Shown here in pieces: positions 27,360-40,707 of a DNA stretch of 64,000 nt. Source of the DNA: Nymphaea colorata (lineage: Eukaryota); assembly GCF_008831285.2 (NCBI RefSeq), contig NC_045138.2:7192001-7256000 (forward strand), given 5' to 3'. Both the position numbers and the translations under genes were made by a program. Below the pieces are notes generated by a model, which saw only the letters and a list, made by a program, of their open reading frames with translations, did not search any database and was not told the origin of the DNA. How positions within the stretch are numbered: position 1 is the first letter of the stretch; each line of letters starts with the position of its first letter.

Positions 27360-27464
27360 TTATTTATTTATTTATTTATATACTATACACATTCTGACAC
27401 TCTCATCTCTCACCCATGTGACATACTGATTATCCTCTCACTCATGTGACATATTGATTATCCT

Positions 27465-27520
<56 letters not shown>

Positions 27521-29702
27521 TGTCCATATCATATGACCTAACTGCTGTTGAAGATTTTTTTTTTTTTTGATAATAGAAAAAAGATGAGACCCGACTTGGA
27601 GAGCTGGGGTGCTGCCGTTGATTGTTCAAGGGTTGTGTGGGGCCACCGGTATAAGTCATATTCTTTTCCTTCTTGACACCGTATGTCCTTCGACGGGACG
27701 GCAAGAAATGTTCAAAATTTTCTTCCCTTTCTAGATGCAACCATTCCATATTTCAAGCGTCGGTAGGAAATGACTGGTCAAATATATATTAGTTTAATGC
27801 GGTTGAACACGAGCAGGAGCCCAGCTCGACTCCACTCATGGATAGCTGGGCTCAAGCTCGAGCCAAGATCGATAATGTCAGCTGAAGGTCCACTCAATAA
27901 ATGACAAATCAAGTTGAAGTTCGAGCTCCGCTCGTTTAAGCTCGAGAGGCTGAGAGATTCATGCCAGCAGCCAGCTGTGGATTGAAGTTTTGTAAAATTT
28001 TAGCATAATTTTCCTGACCTTGGGGATTTAGTGAATCAGTTATATGGCGGAGCCAAGTTGAGTCTCAATTAGTCGAGTTCCTACAACTTGAACTGGACTC
28101 GGTTCACAGGCTGAGTTGAGTTCAAAGACCAGCCCAAGTAAGTTTGACATTGTTCTGCATACAACTACAGAGTTCCAAAAAGCTATGTATATGCTCCTAA
28201 GAAGTCTGTGTCCTTTCCAAATGTAATATTTTAGTGGTACCTAAATTAGATCTAATTAGCTAAACCAGATTTAAAGTCAAACTCAATTTAAAATCAGTTT
28301 ATGAAATATGAATTAAGAATGTACACGTTAGGTACTAACTTAGACATTTGCATACGAAAACAACCTTTCAAACGAGACCCACACTAGCCAAAAAGTAACT
28401 TCAAATTTCTAATTAATCTCACAAACAAAATAGCTTGGAGAGGAGTAGCATAGTTGGTCTGGTTGGCGGGGCATTGAGAGACTGGTTGTCAACTCAATTC
28501 TCACAGACACAAAACTTTTAACTGTAAACTCGTGAATGCGACTCTTTAATTAATGAGTGTATCACTCCCCATTTAGGACCCGGAGCAGCCATGAAGGAGG
28601 ATATAAAACAAAAAAAGGGACTTTGACCTTTTATCCTCCCCTTCCACAAACAAAATGCATTTTTGCATGTGGCTGTAAAATATTTTCTACTTAAATTGAA
28701 GTCATTGCAATAGCATACTTTAGTTTTGCTAAATTTTCCAACAAAATGTTTAAGCTTCAAAAATCATTTAGAAGCATGCGGCTTAATTTTCTGTAAACCA
28801 ACAAAAAAAAAAGAATACACCGGATTTATTTGTGAATTTTTTTCAGAAACATGCTTAAATTTTGTAAATGTACTAGATGATTCTCTTTAATGAAAATCGA
28901 CTTCAAAATCATGTTCTCTCCGTGTAAACATGTTATGTTATTAGAAAAAAAAAAGTAAGAATGTTTGTCTTTTTTATATTCATTAATATTTTAAAGGCAG
29001 ATTACGATCTTTATATTCATTAATATTTTAAATGCCATAAAATATCCGATACATGTCATATCCTAAAGACCCCAAGGCTGACTCTTCCTAAAAGGTGTAA
29101 ACTGCAATTCAACGAAATTTACTCGTTATATTCTTAGGGCCATTAAGTGAATCGAGTCGGGCTCCAGTAGACTCACTCAAAAAAAAAAAAAAAAAAAAAA
29201 AACTCTGAGCTCCACTCGTTATAAACGATTCAAGTTCTAGTTTAAATGTATATTCGAAATGTTAATTAAATCAAATTCAAGTTGTAAGAGGTCGACTGAT
29301 TTAAGCTTGGTTATGCCTGACTATAATTCGGTTCATCGTAGTTGAATTACTTAAATTAGTTATCGAGTTAAACGAGTGGACAAGTTAAAAAACGAATACA
29401 ACTTGTTAACAACAACGATCTAAACAAGTCAGAACTCGTGTTTCACACCAAGTAGTATCGTCGAGCTTGAGCTGTTCTATGAGGCTCGACTTAAATTCAA
29501 GCTGAAGTCGAGCTCTAGTTTTTTTTCGAGCTATTGTCTTCCAAAGGCAGATTACAATCTTTGAATATTATCCAGTGCATGTGAAGTCATGCTGTAGTCA
29601 ACACGTGCCAGATGTTGGGAGGTCTACCAAATTCAGACAGTCGCTAACTCGACGAACGTCTATCCTTCGCTATCAACTTGTGAACACGATTCATACTAAA
29701 GG

Positions 29703-29779
29703 TGTAAAAGAGAAGAAAGATGAAGAGAAAGTAACAGAATTTTAACGTGGTTCAGCCTATTGTTTGGCTTACATCCACG
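29703..29779. mobile_element. Truncated LTR-like fragment at the breakpoint of the A' promoter
   Basis: Begins with TG exactly where homology to the DIR-A promoter stops. Contains TTTAACGTGGTTCAGC...TACATCCAC, which resembles Copia LTR sequence (compare TTTTACGTGG at about 35443). Confidence 0.45.
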
Positions 29780-30150
29780 ATGAGGGTGAACGTTTCAAGA
29801 TGAGGTCGAGCAAACAGTAACAATCGATGGAGGAGCAAGAACTGGTAATGATTTTCTCGCATTTATCTGATCGGCCTTTAGGGTTTTATTTGGTGGTGTT
29901 CCTCATGACATCTACTTTTATTGGGGTGCTCTTTGCAATTTTCGATATGAAATACCTATTCTCTTACGGGACCAGTTTGTTCTTTTTCTGATTTCTTTAC
30001 ATGTTGGTTTACTCATTCCGCTTGTTGTTTCTTAAGGAGGCTGATTTGGTATTGGGTGGCGATGAGGGTAACGAGTGTACCTATAATAAAGGGTATATAA
30101 AGAGGCAGACAATCTTTTCGTGCCTCACGTGTACCCCCGATGGCCACGAG
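29780..30150 (+). pseudogene. UBR7: UBR7-like (UBR-box/PHD E3 ligase) 5' gene fragment, two exons plus an intron, with internal deletions
   Basis: Exon 1 reads FQDEVEQTVTID..EEQEL with a GT donor at 29845. After AG at 30035-30036, exon 2 reads EADLVLGGDEGNECTYNKGYIKRQTIFSCLTCTPDGHE with a GT donor at 30151. Matches the recalled plant UBR7 N-terminus. Confidence 0.85.
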
Positions 30151-31254
30151 GTATTCAATTTCAGTTGTCTTCGTCGTTGTGGTCACTGGTTTCCCTTTAT
30201 GCTGTCCTTTGGTTACTTTATATCAGATTGAAAAATTAAGAATGTATTTTCAGGTATTATGTTGCCAACTTGTTGCAGAATATTCTTTCTAAATTCATGT
30301 TGTTGGATTGTAATCTGGGTTGTTAGATTTGCAATTGATAAACAACAGCTCTTCTATCCTCTGATTAGGTCACTATATTGAGGAGATCTGTTATTGTCCA
30401 ATATTCAATTTGTTTGTAGGACGTCTAGGAGTTTCTCATTTGCATAATTGCCATTCTTTTGTTCCACTTTCCCTAGTGAACTTTTATGCCTTGTGATCGG
30501 TCCATGTGAATCTCACGTAATGTCAGAAATGAGCAGAGTCCATGTGAATCTCATGTAATGTCGGAAATGAGCAGAGTTTGAATGGTTGACGTTTAGTTTG
30601 TTCAACTTGTTCTTATACAACTGCCAGAAAGCTATAAAGGCATTCTCATATTCTTGTCATATTCAGAGGAGGTCAGAGTTGATTCTTATCAAAGCAGACA
30701 TAGTGATTTATATGGGTATATTTGTTGGCCATAACTTGGCATTCAGATTTGGAGGATAATTGTATATATGTTTACCAATGGTGCCTCTGGGCTCTGTTGT
30801 ACACCATCTTTACTCCCTGTCCTCCTCTCAATTACAAAGTTGGTGCAATTTTTAATTCCATTGTTTCTCAACCATGTCATGCTTGTTGCTGTTCTTTTGG
30901 TTGTTGTCTGTGAGCATGTTGACTTGGCTGTTGCATGTTGACTTGGCTGTTGTCTGTGAGATTGTTGACATTCCTACCTGGATCTTACAATCATCACATG
31001 TAGGCCATTCTCAAGTTCGACTGAGAATCAAATAATCTTTTGGTGAAGATACATGACCCTTTTTGTTATTTTCACTTTTCTATGATTCTTGATGAGATCA
31101 CTTATCATGTTTTAACTAATATTGAACGTTTGTTCTTAGCGATATTGTGTGGAGCTACTGAATATGCACATAGTTTAGATCACCTTGATGAGATCACTTA
31201 TCATGCTGCCAGATTTTGTCCATCAGTAGGTTGTTCATGATTTTTTTGGTAAAC

Positions 31255-31409
31255 TCTTCTGTTTCTGAAAATATATTTCTTTTTCATCAAATGAAGAAAT
31301 ATATTTCTAGAAATATATTTTTCAATCATTTTCCTATTCCTTTATTCCAGGACATATATTTTCAGAAATATTTTTCTAATTTCCGATTTTCAGGCCATCA
31401 AACGGACCC
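31255..31409. mobile_element. Right end of a PIF/Harbinger-type element
   Basis: Ends CAGGCCATCAAACGGACCC followed by TAA. Homology to block A (about 5978 onward) resumes immediately after. Confidence 0.65.
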
Positions 31410-31870
31410 TAAAGGTTATGTCTCCAATATATCTAGGACGCTAGCATAATTAATGATTTAAAATATAGTTTTTAGGGGCTTAGACATTAAAAACAATATG
31501 ATTTTGATTTCACATGTATAAAATATAGACCACTCAAAACTAAGTTATATGATCCGTATAGTTAGCCACATTGTAAAAATATTAGGGTTGACAACATGAT
31601 CAATTACCTTCATCGCTACAATTGCAAAACACATTAAGTTTGATGATAGAGCATAAGAAACTGATAATAGTGACTAGAAAAGCGTAGAAGTTCAATATAT
31701 ATCCTACTACTTATATCCCTACATTGTAAAGAATAAATCGTTATGTGTTTGTTTTTGCTTTTCTATCATGAGGCCTTGTGTCTAGCTAGTTCCATATTTT
31801 ACCTCAAAATTTATCGTGTTATATTCTGTCAAAACTAAATTTAGTACAAAAAAAATACAAAGTTCCTGTA

Positions 31871-32413
31871 CGCACAGTTTGGATGAAGGGAAAGGGAAGG
31901 AAAGAACAATCAATCTTTTGTTTGATTGATTAATTAAGTAGAAGGGAAAAGAAAGCAAAGTCAAAAACTTGTTTGGTTGCAAAGGGAGGTAAAGGAAAGA
32001 CATATAGTTTTATACCGTGCATGTCATTTCTTTCTCTCTGTCCTTGTATGAACAAGGCTTTATGTGATAACAGTTTTTTTTACCAACGTTCACATAAACA
32101 ATGACAACAAAAAAACTTCTTCAAGTTCATCTCTCTTCTATTTTTTGCCTATATTTTTACCACCATTCACGGCACCCCCTTCCTCCTTTCCATCGTCTGG
32201 TACAAGGGTACTATTGTAAAATAATATAAATTATTCTTTTTATTTCTTTTATATATTCCAAACAAACATGATTTTAACAATTCCTTGTTTTTTATCCCAA
32301 CAATCTTTATAATAACATCTTTCCTTTTCTTTTTCATTCTCTTTCCTTCCATTTTTTTTCATTTCCTTTTCAAACCTCCCATTCCTTCCCTTTCCCTCCA
32401 TGAAAACAAGGGT
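31871..32413. mobile_element. Tourist-like MITE
   Basis: Inverted ends GTTTGGATGAAGGGAAAGGG and CCCTTTCCCTCCATGAAAAC. Absent from the paralogous site near 6436. Confidence 0.6.
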
Positions 32414-32910
32414 TAATCCAAAGGTGCTCCCAATAGTCTAATTAAGTGAAAAAACTCTGGCTCTACTCGGTCTCAATAAAAAAATTATCTTTTTGCAGTA
32501 CTAGATCTAAAACATCACATTAAAAATTATGCCTACCTTTGGCAGCACGTACACATTTCCCTTGATTAATAAACTTTTGCCCACGGTAATACAAAAACTT
32601 CCAAACGGTTCTGGATATTGATAAAATCAAAGAGGCTAACTATTCCAAACTAATGAATTTTTTTATTGATAGTATTTTGATCTTTTATCACACTAATTTC
32701 CCAACTCAAATTAGTAATAATTCAAGATTAACTAGTAACATGTTTTTTTTTTCACTGTAAAAATTTAAGTCTTTTGTTATCTCAGTTCATTCCAAACACT
32801 TCTAAAACAAGTCTACAACAGAAACAACAGAAAAGGTGTGAACAGAGATATATATGGACTAATGATTTATTCAAATTTGCTACTCTTTTGTAGACCATTG
32901 CAAGCCGCAT

Positions 32911-33099
32911 CAGTGGTGAAGCTAAAAAATTTTCATGAGAGTCAAATTAAAGTTTTTAAATTTTTATTAGAGCTGAAATATCATTTTTCAAAATTTTTAT
33001 ATAGAACAAGTAAAATTTTAAAAATTTACATAAAAATTTAAAAAAAAAAATTAAGGTGGGGTCAGGGCCCATGCGAGCCCTATCTTGAGTCTGTCCTTG
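32911..33099. mobile_element. hAT-type MITE
   Basis: CAGTGGTGAAGC...GTCTGTCCTTG ends with a degenerate 8-bp TSD AGCCGCAT/GGCCACAT. A single GGCCGCAT is present in the paralog near 48284. Confidence 0.6.
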
Positions 33100-33274
33100 G
33101 GCCACATAGCAACTTTTTGTATGGAAGTTGAAAAACCTGACTCAAGCAAAGAAAGAAGGAGCATCACATGACATAACTCGTTTCAATTTTTCTTGTGTTA
33201 ATGACGTCCTCAAACACAAATCAAAATTAATTTCCTCATGGCCGTTTATTTGGGTATATATACATTTTCTCTCC

Positions 33275-33316
<42 letters not shown>

Positions 33317-35297
33317 TGATGACTATTGCATCACTTAGCCATCGCCATCAAATCCAACTTGATTGACCGTTAAGAAAAAAAATAAAGAGTAAAAAGTGAC
33401 AAATATTTTTGTCATATAATAGTAGTTCACACTTTTTTTTTTGTATTTCTGTCAACCATGAACCGATATTGTAAAGCAGACATAGTTTGTCCATTTAAGT
33501 GAAAAAGCTATTATAATTGCGATCCAGGAGACCTTCATTTGCTTCCACTACACGGTAAGAAACAGAACTGGACCATACTTAACTTTGTTGAATTGGGACC
33601 CAAAAAACCTTTCATATATAAGACCAAGTGTCCCCTTAATCTCTGTGTTTTAAGTCATGTTAACCAAACTTAACCATATAACATGGCCTACGCATATGGT
33701 TGATTTGATCAATTAAGTTCTCCTCTATATCACTTCTTTTTTCATGTAAAGAATATATTTTATAAGAACAATTCTTATATATCGTTTCTCTAAATATGCC
33801 TTCTAAGTGTTTAATTATAAACCTTATCATATAAATATATGCAAAATGTAGGGATATATAAGAACAAAAATCAATCTTGAAAATTTAATGTGTAGATTAA
33901 GAATTATGAGTCGAGAAATCTACGGCTGGCTGTTAAATTTTAAGATGTTATAAGATCCGATTTCTGCATCAAATTTGTTTTTGTTTTTCCTTGTGAAGTA
34001 CTCCCCTACATGTCGAATTGTTGAGTTCACAAATGCCGCTGGATTTTTGAAACCAGGCCCTTACGGTGTTCGAGAGCTGTGTCTCTGTCATATGAATCAG
34101 TAAATTCTGGCATACTAATTACCATCTATTTTATATACTACTCAACTTAAATAAAGTAACTAAATGTTAAATTTCATATATAATAAGTTGATTCCAAGAC
34201 ATTCGGTCTTCACGGGGCACCAGTACAGAATCGTAAAAGCACCAGAATGGGAGGGTTTAGACCACTCCCATTTGAGCGGTAAGATGAAATATATTTCTCT
34301 CGCATGCCTGTGTTAAACCAACTATCCACATCATATCTATAAGGCCAAATGTTTAATTTCATTAAAATCAAATAAAATTCTAGTATTTGACCAGGGTTGG
34401 CACTAAACGTTATTTTAAAGATGATTTGGCTAAATGTTGGCAAATTTTGTACACCAGGGGGAGGGGAGAGAGAGAGAGAGAGAGAGGGAGAAGTCCTTCT
34501 CAAGTCAATGGAAAAGATGTGAAGCCTGTCCCAGTCAATACGCTAACGTAGGCAGACCAGAGCCAGGGCGTAGGGTTGGAGTTAGTGATGAATGAAGGTT
34601 TATAACTGTGGTTTGCTAACAACTTTATCAAGAAGGACAGAGACAAAATGGACCAAAAGACAAGGACACTCTGTTCCTACCCCCCTCAGCGCCTTGCTTT
34701 TTTTACACAGAGGTCTTCATGTTCTAGAAACCACATAGAAGAATGAATCCTTTATTTTTCTCTAGAAAGCATGAGATTCTGTGGAATTTGTCAGTCGAGA
34801 AAAAAAATATTTTTTGAACTACAAAATATATGTGAAAATTGATTAAAAATAGAGAACAAGCTCTTAAATGTATTCAACAAAAATAATCAAATCACAAATC
34901 AGTTTGATAAAAGCTTATCAAAACAAATGTTCGAATTTCATGGTCATTATTGAAAGCTAGTCTTGCTCTCTCTTTTTCGCATTTTCCTTCTGCCTCTCTA
35001 TAAATACCGAATCCATCAAACACACATACATGCCTCCCCAAACACCAGCTTCCATGTGAAAGCCACGACAATGGCATCTTCCCTCCCGCCAAAATCCTCC
35101 ACCACCATCTTCCTCTCTTGCTTCCTTGGCCCTTCATAGTCAAAGAGTACTCCGCAGGCCGCTGAAGGAGAAGATGTCCAACATCCATTTCTACTTCCAC
35201 GATATCGTCAGTGACCGGAACCCGACTGCCGTGACCGTTGCCGGAGCAAAGAACAGCACCTCGCTGACGGGCTTCGGGGACATTGTGAAGATCGATG

Positions 35298-38200
35298 TGT
35301 TGGGATAAAAATGCGGATAAACACAAATCTACTAAAAAGATTTAACAACGAAGTATAGCCCAAACCGATCATGCAATAAGCAACAAATCAACGGCTGAGC
35401 AAACCAATCAAAACAATAACAATCACAAACTGCACAAGAGAATTTTTACGTGGAAAACCCTTCAAAACAATGAGGGTAAAAACTACGGGATACTACGACC
35501 CAAAACTCAATCTACTATGATCAATGATATAAGTTTTCCCACAAAGGGCTACACATAGCCAACCCTCAAACAATAATATCTCATCAAAACTATATGAGAA
35601 AACAAGGGAAAATATCACCGATTGAATGCGGAAACCATGGATTGAGAGGAAATGCACCTGACTTCCTCCTTGGAATCGAATCTTGCTCTAGCCAAATGCT
35701 CGCAACCTTGTCTTCCTCTTCTCCTTCTCTCCTTTCCTCTTCTCCTCTCTTCTTCTCTTTCTCTCCTCTTGTTGTGCAGCCACCAAGAGAGAGCACACGA
35801 GAGAGGACACCTCTCTTTTTTCCCAAAATGGAACCCTAGAGAGACAGAAACGTGAGTGAGATTAGGAGGCACCATTGGGTGCCCTCCTTGTTCTTTTCTC
35901 CGCCCATCACTTAAGTGACGGGCTGGATTGGGTCTACTTGAGTCTAGACCCGACCCAACAAGCTCTCCTTCCAGCCTCAAGTGAGAGAACATTTCTGCAA
36001 AAAGAACAAAATTAATATACTGCCTTAAAGGCAGTCATCCCAACTAAGTCTCTACACATATCATGTTTTTCTTTAAGTAGAGACTTCGTCGCAAGATTAT
36101 CATCTGTATGGATCTTATCAAGAACAAGCTGCTTCGACTATAAAACATCACGTATCTAATGATAGCTTACGTCTATATGTTTTGACCTTGCATGAAAAGT
36201 AGAATTTTTTCTAAGGTGAATAGCACTCTGACTGTCACAGTAAAGCACATACTCGTCTTGACTGAACTGAAGTTCCTGCATGAACCTCTTCATCCATAGC
36301 AGCTCCTTGCTCGCCTATGTAGCTGCAATAAACTTTGCTTCAGTAGTAGATAATGCTACACATTTCTGAAGTCTGGATTGCCAAGAAACTGCACCACCTG
36401 CATATGTCAATAAAAACCAGATATAGATCTTCTCCCGTGAATGTCTCTTGCCATGTCTAAATTTATATAGCCAACAAAAATAGATTTTTCTGCCCCAAAA
36501 CAAAGTGAGAAACTGCTAGTCCCATGAAGGTATCTCAAAATCCATTTAACTGCTTCCTAATGTTTCTTTCCTGGATTTGAGACAAACCGACTAACAACTC
36601 CAATTGAATGAGCAATATCAGGTCTGGTACATACCATAGCATACATCAGACTACCTGTGGCTAAGGCATAGGGAATCTTCTCCATATCTTCCTTTTCTGA
36701 ATCTATCTTTGGACTCTGCTTGGTACTCAACTTGAAATGTGCTGCAAGAGGGGTGCTAACAGGCTTTGCCTTGTCCATGTAAAATCTTTGAAGTACATTC
36801 TCAATGTACTTCTCGTGAGATAGCCATAGCTTCTTCGACTTCCTATCTCGCGTGATCTTCATACCCAAAATCTAACTAGCAGGTCCCAAGTCTTTCATAG
36901 CAAAAGACTTGCTCAACTTTTTTTTCAAGCTTGAAATTCTCGAGATACTATTGCCAACAATAAGCATGTTATCAACATAAATCAACAAAATAACAAAATC
37001 ATTACCTGTGAATTTTTTCACAAAGACGCAGTGATCTGAAGTAGTCTTGGTGTAGCCATACTCCCCCATAAATGACTCGAACTTCTTATACCAATGTCTA
37101 GGTGTCTGCTTCAGACCATACAAGCTTTTCTTTAATCTGCAAATATGGATTTCTTTACCTTTTACAAGAAAACCTTCGCGCTGCATCATGTATATTTCAT
37201 CATCAAGATCACCATGAATAAAAGCTGTCTTCACATCCATCTGCTCAATCTCCAAATCAAGACTGGCTGCCAAACAAAGAACTAATCTGATAGATGACAT
37301 CTTGACCACCGGTGAGAATATCTCGTCGAGGTCAACTCCTTTCCTTTCATTGAACCCCTTCACAACCAACCTATCTTCGTATCTTGGGTTTAGAGAGTTT
37401 TCATCATGCTTCACTCTAAAAACTCATTTGTTTCTCAATGCCCTCTTGCATTGGGGCAAGTCCACAAGCTCGAAGGTGTGGTTGTTGTAAAGTGACTGCA
37501 TCTCATCTTTCATGGCTTCCATCCACTTTTCCTTGTGCACATAATGCATAGCTTCTTCATAGCATTCAGGCTCACCACTGTCAGTCAACAAAATATAGTC
37601 ATGCGCGGGATATCTAGATGATGGACGCCGCTCCCTCGTGGATCTTTGTTGCCGATCTACATCTGAGGAAAAAACCTCCAAATTATGATTGTCACCTTCG
37701 TCATCTGAATTAGGAATATATGGCATGTCTACTTGTCTTTCTCTATCATGTATCTGCCCAACAGCATCATATGGCACTGTTCTTGAAGTATTCTGCAAAG
37801 GAATATGGTCCACATCAACTGGCAGATAGCTACTATGAGAAGAATCCTTTCATGTTTTCATAATCTCTTCAATATTCTGATCTTCAGCAAATACCACATC
37901 CCTGCTTCTGACAAGCTTCTTCTCAACTGGATCATACAATCTGTAACCAAATTCATCATGGCCATAACCCAAAAACACAGATTGCCTGCTTTTTTATTCC
38001 AACTTCGATCTCTCATCCTTTGGTATATGCACAAATGCCCTGCATCCAAATACACGTAAGTACTCATAAGATACATCCTTCCCATACCAAATTCTGTTAA
38101 GAATATCACTATCCAAAGGAACATGTGGAGACAAATTAATCACATAAGCAGCAGTATGTAAAGCTTCATACCAAAAAGAATCAGATAACTGAGCTTTAGA

Positions 38201-40707
38201 TAGGAGACATCTAACTATCTCCATGAGTGTTCTGTTCATCATTTCTGCCACGCCATTCAATGGAGGAGTCTTAGGTGGAGTGTTCTGGTGCCTGATGCTA
38301 TGAGATCTGCAATACTCATCAAATGGACCAATATACTCTCCTCCATTATCGCTGCGAACACACTTCAGCTTCTTTTCTGACTGTCTTTCAACCAGTGCAT
38401 GAAAGTTCTTAAAAACACCAAGGACTTGGTCTTTCCTCTTCAAAGAAGCGACCTAAACTTTCCTGAAAAAATCATCATTAACGTGACAAGATAAAATGCA
38501 CCACCATGTGAACTTACTTTTATAGGACCATATACATCTGTATGAACCAACTCAAGTGCTTCTGACTTTCTGAAATGTGGATGACTCTTGAAAGAAACCC
38601 ACGTCTGCTTCTCTGCAAAACAATGACTGCATTTGTCAAGTTTATCTTTCTTTACATCTTGTAGAAGATTCTTCTTGATCAAGAATTGCAGTCTCTTGTC
38701 ACTCATATGTCCCAGCCTCCTGTGCCACAACTCAATAGATTTTTCATCTTGTGTCACATGTACCATGTCTCTGAAAATTGATGTCTGCATAGTATAAAGA
38801 TTATTGCTGCATCTTTTGCCTCGAGCAATAATCAAGGAACCTCTGGTAAGCTTCCACTGGCCATCACCAAAAGTATTGTGATACCCTTCTTCATCGAGCC
38901 TTCCTGCAGAAATAAGGTTCAGATGCATGTCAGGTGCATGCCTCACGTCTGTCAGCTTCAAGAGAGCTCCATTCGTATTCTTTAGAATGACGTCACCTTT
39001 GCCTACAACGTGAGACAAAGAACCATTACCCATTCTCAAAGTACCAAAATCACTAGAAATATATTAAGAGAAAAAATCCTTATGGGAAGTAACATGAAAA
39101 ACTGAATCACTATCAAAAAGCCAACAAGTATCGTCTCTAGCAACGTTAGCCATGTTAGCATCACAAACAACAAACATTTCATGTTGTGCAGTAGCAGCGA
39201 TATTGTTATCTCGGTCATTTTTCTTCTCCTGTTTCTCCCCAATTTTATTCTCCTTCTTCAGCTGAAAGCAGTACTTCTTTACCTATCATTTCTTTCCACA
39301 ATGGTGGCATTCCAAATTCTTATATCTCAATTTGGACTTGCTTCTGCTTTCATCTCTGTCCCTGTCACTCTTGAATTTACTCATATCCCCTTGTTCTTTG
39401 TGAAAAGAACCTCTGTCTGAGAAGAGCAAGCCTGAGATTTTCTTCTCATCTCCTTATTGAGAATACCTGACTTAACAGTCTCTAAAAAAACAACCCCATT
39501 AGCCGCAGAATTAGTAAGCGGGACTCTAAATGTCTCCTATGAATCAGGCAAAGTAGCAAACAATAATAATCCCAAAATCTCATCTTCAAATTTAACGCCC
39601 ATACTAGATAACTGACTAATGACCTAAAAATCATTTAGAAAATCTGACACAAAACTGCCCTTCCTGATTCTCAAATTCATCAATCTTTTCAGAAGAAATA
39701 ATTTACTACTTCCTGTCTTGTAGGCATAAAGATTCTCTAACTTTGCCCACAAACTACGTACACGATTTTCATCTTGGATATGGTCATAAACATTTTCATC
39801 CACAAATTGTCGAATGAAACCACAAACTTGTTCGTGTTCAAATTCTCATTCCTCATCAAACTTAGAATCAGGCTTTTCTTGGGTAAAAACTAGGGGGTGC
39901 ATAGCCTTCACATATAAGAGATCTTTCATTTTATTTTTCTATAGACTATAGTTAGTCCCATTTAGACTAATCATATGGCTAGTACCAAAATCAATTTTGT
40001 TATCTACCATGTTGGCTCTAATACCACTTTGTTGGGATAAAAAATGCGGATAAACACAAATCTACTAAAAAGATTTAACAACGAAGTATAGCCCAAACCG
40101 ATCATGCAATAAGCAACAAATCAACGATTAAGCAAACCAATCAAAGCAATAACAATCACAAACTGCACAAGAGGATTTTTACATGAAAAACTCCTCAAAA
40201 CAATGAGGGTAAAAACCACGCGGTACTACGACCCAAAACTCAATCCACTATAATCAATTATATAAGTTTTTTCACGATGGGCTGCACAAAGTCAACCCTC
40301 AAGCAATAATAACTCATCAAAACTATATGAGAAAACAAGGGAAAATATCACCGATTGAATGCGGAAACCGTGGATTGAAAGGAAATGCGTCTGGCTTCCT
40401 CCTTAGAATCGAATCTTGCTCTAGCCAAATGCTCGCAACCTTCTCTTCCTCTTCTCCTTCTCTCCTTTCTTCCTCTCATTCTCTCTTCTCTTTTTCTCCT
40501 TCTCTCCTCTTGCTGTGCAGCGACAAAGAGAGAGCACACGAGAGAGGACACCTCTCTTTTTCCCCAAAATGGAACCCTAGAGAGAGAGAGAGAAAAACGT
40601 GAGTGAGATTGGGGGGCACCATCGGATGCCCTCCTTTTTCTTATCTCAACTCATCACTTAAGTGATGGGCTGGATCGGGTCCACTTGAGGCTGGACCCGA
40701 CCCAACA
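35298..40707 (-). mobile_element. Full-length decayed Ty1/Copia LTR retrotransposon (Tto1/Tnt1-like, Tork-type)
   Basis: LTRs at 35298-35960 and 40030-40707 (TGTTGGG...CCCAACA). TSD CGATG/CAATG. PBS TGGTATTAGAGCC (minus, 40014-40026) and PPT GGAAGGAGAG next to 35961. Confidence 0.95.
36020..40010 (-). pseudogene. Copia gag-protease-integrase-RT-RNaseH polyprotein with many stops and frameshifts
   Basis: Gag start MVDNK...MISLNGTNYSL*KNKMKDLLYVK; GAG-pre-integrase LWHRRLGH; integrase VRSDNGGEY; RT QMDVKTAF and IYVDNML; RNaseH SWQSRLQKCVALSTTEA. Copia domain order. Confidence 0.95.
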
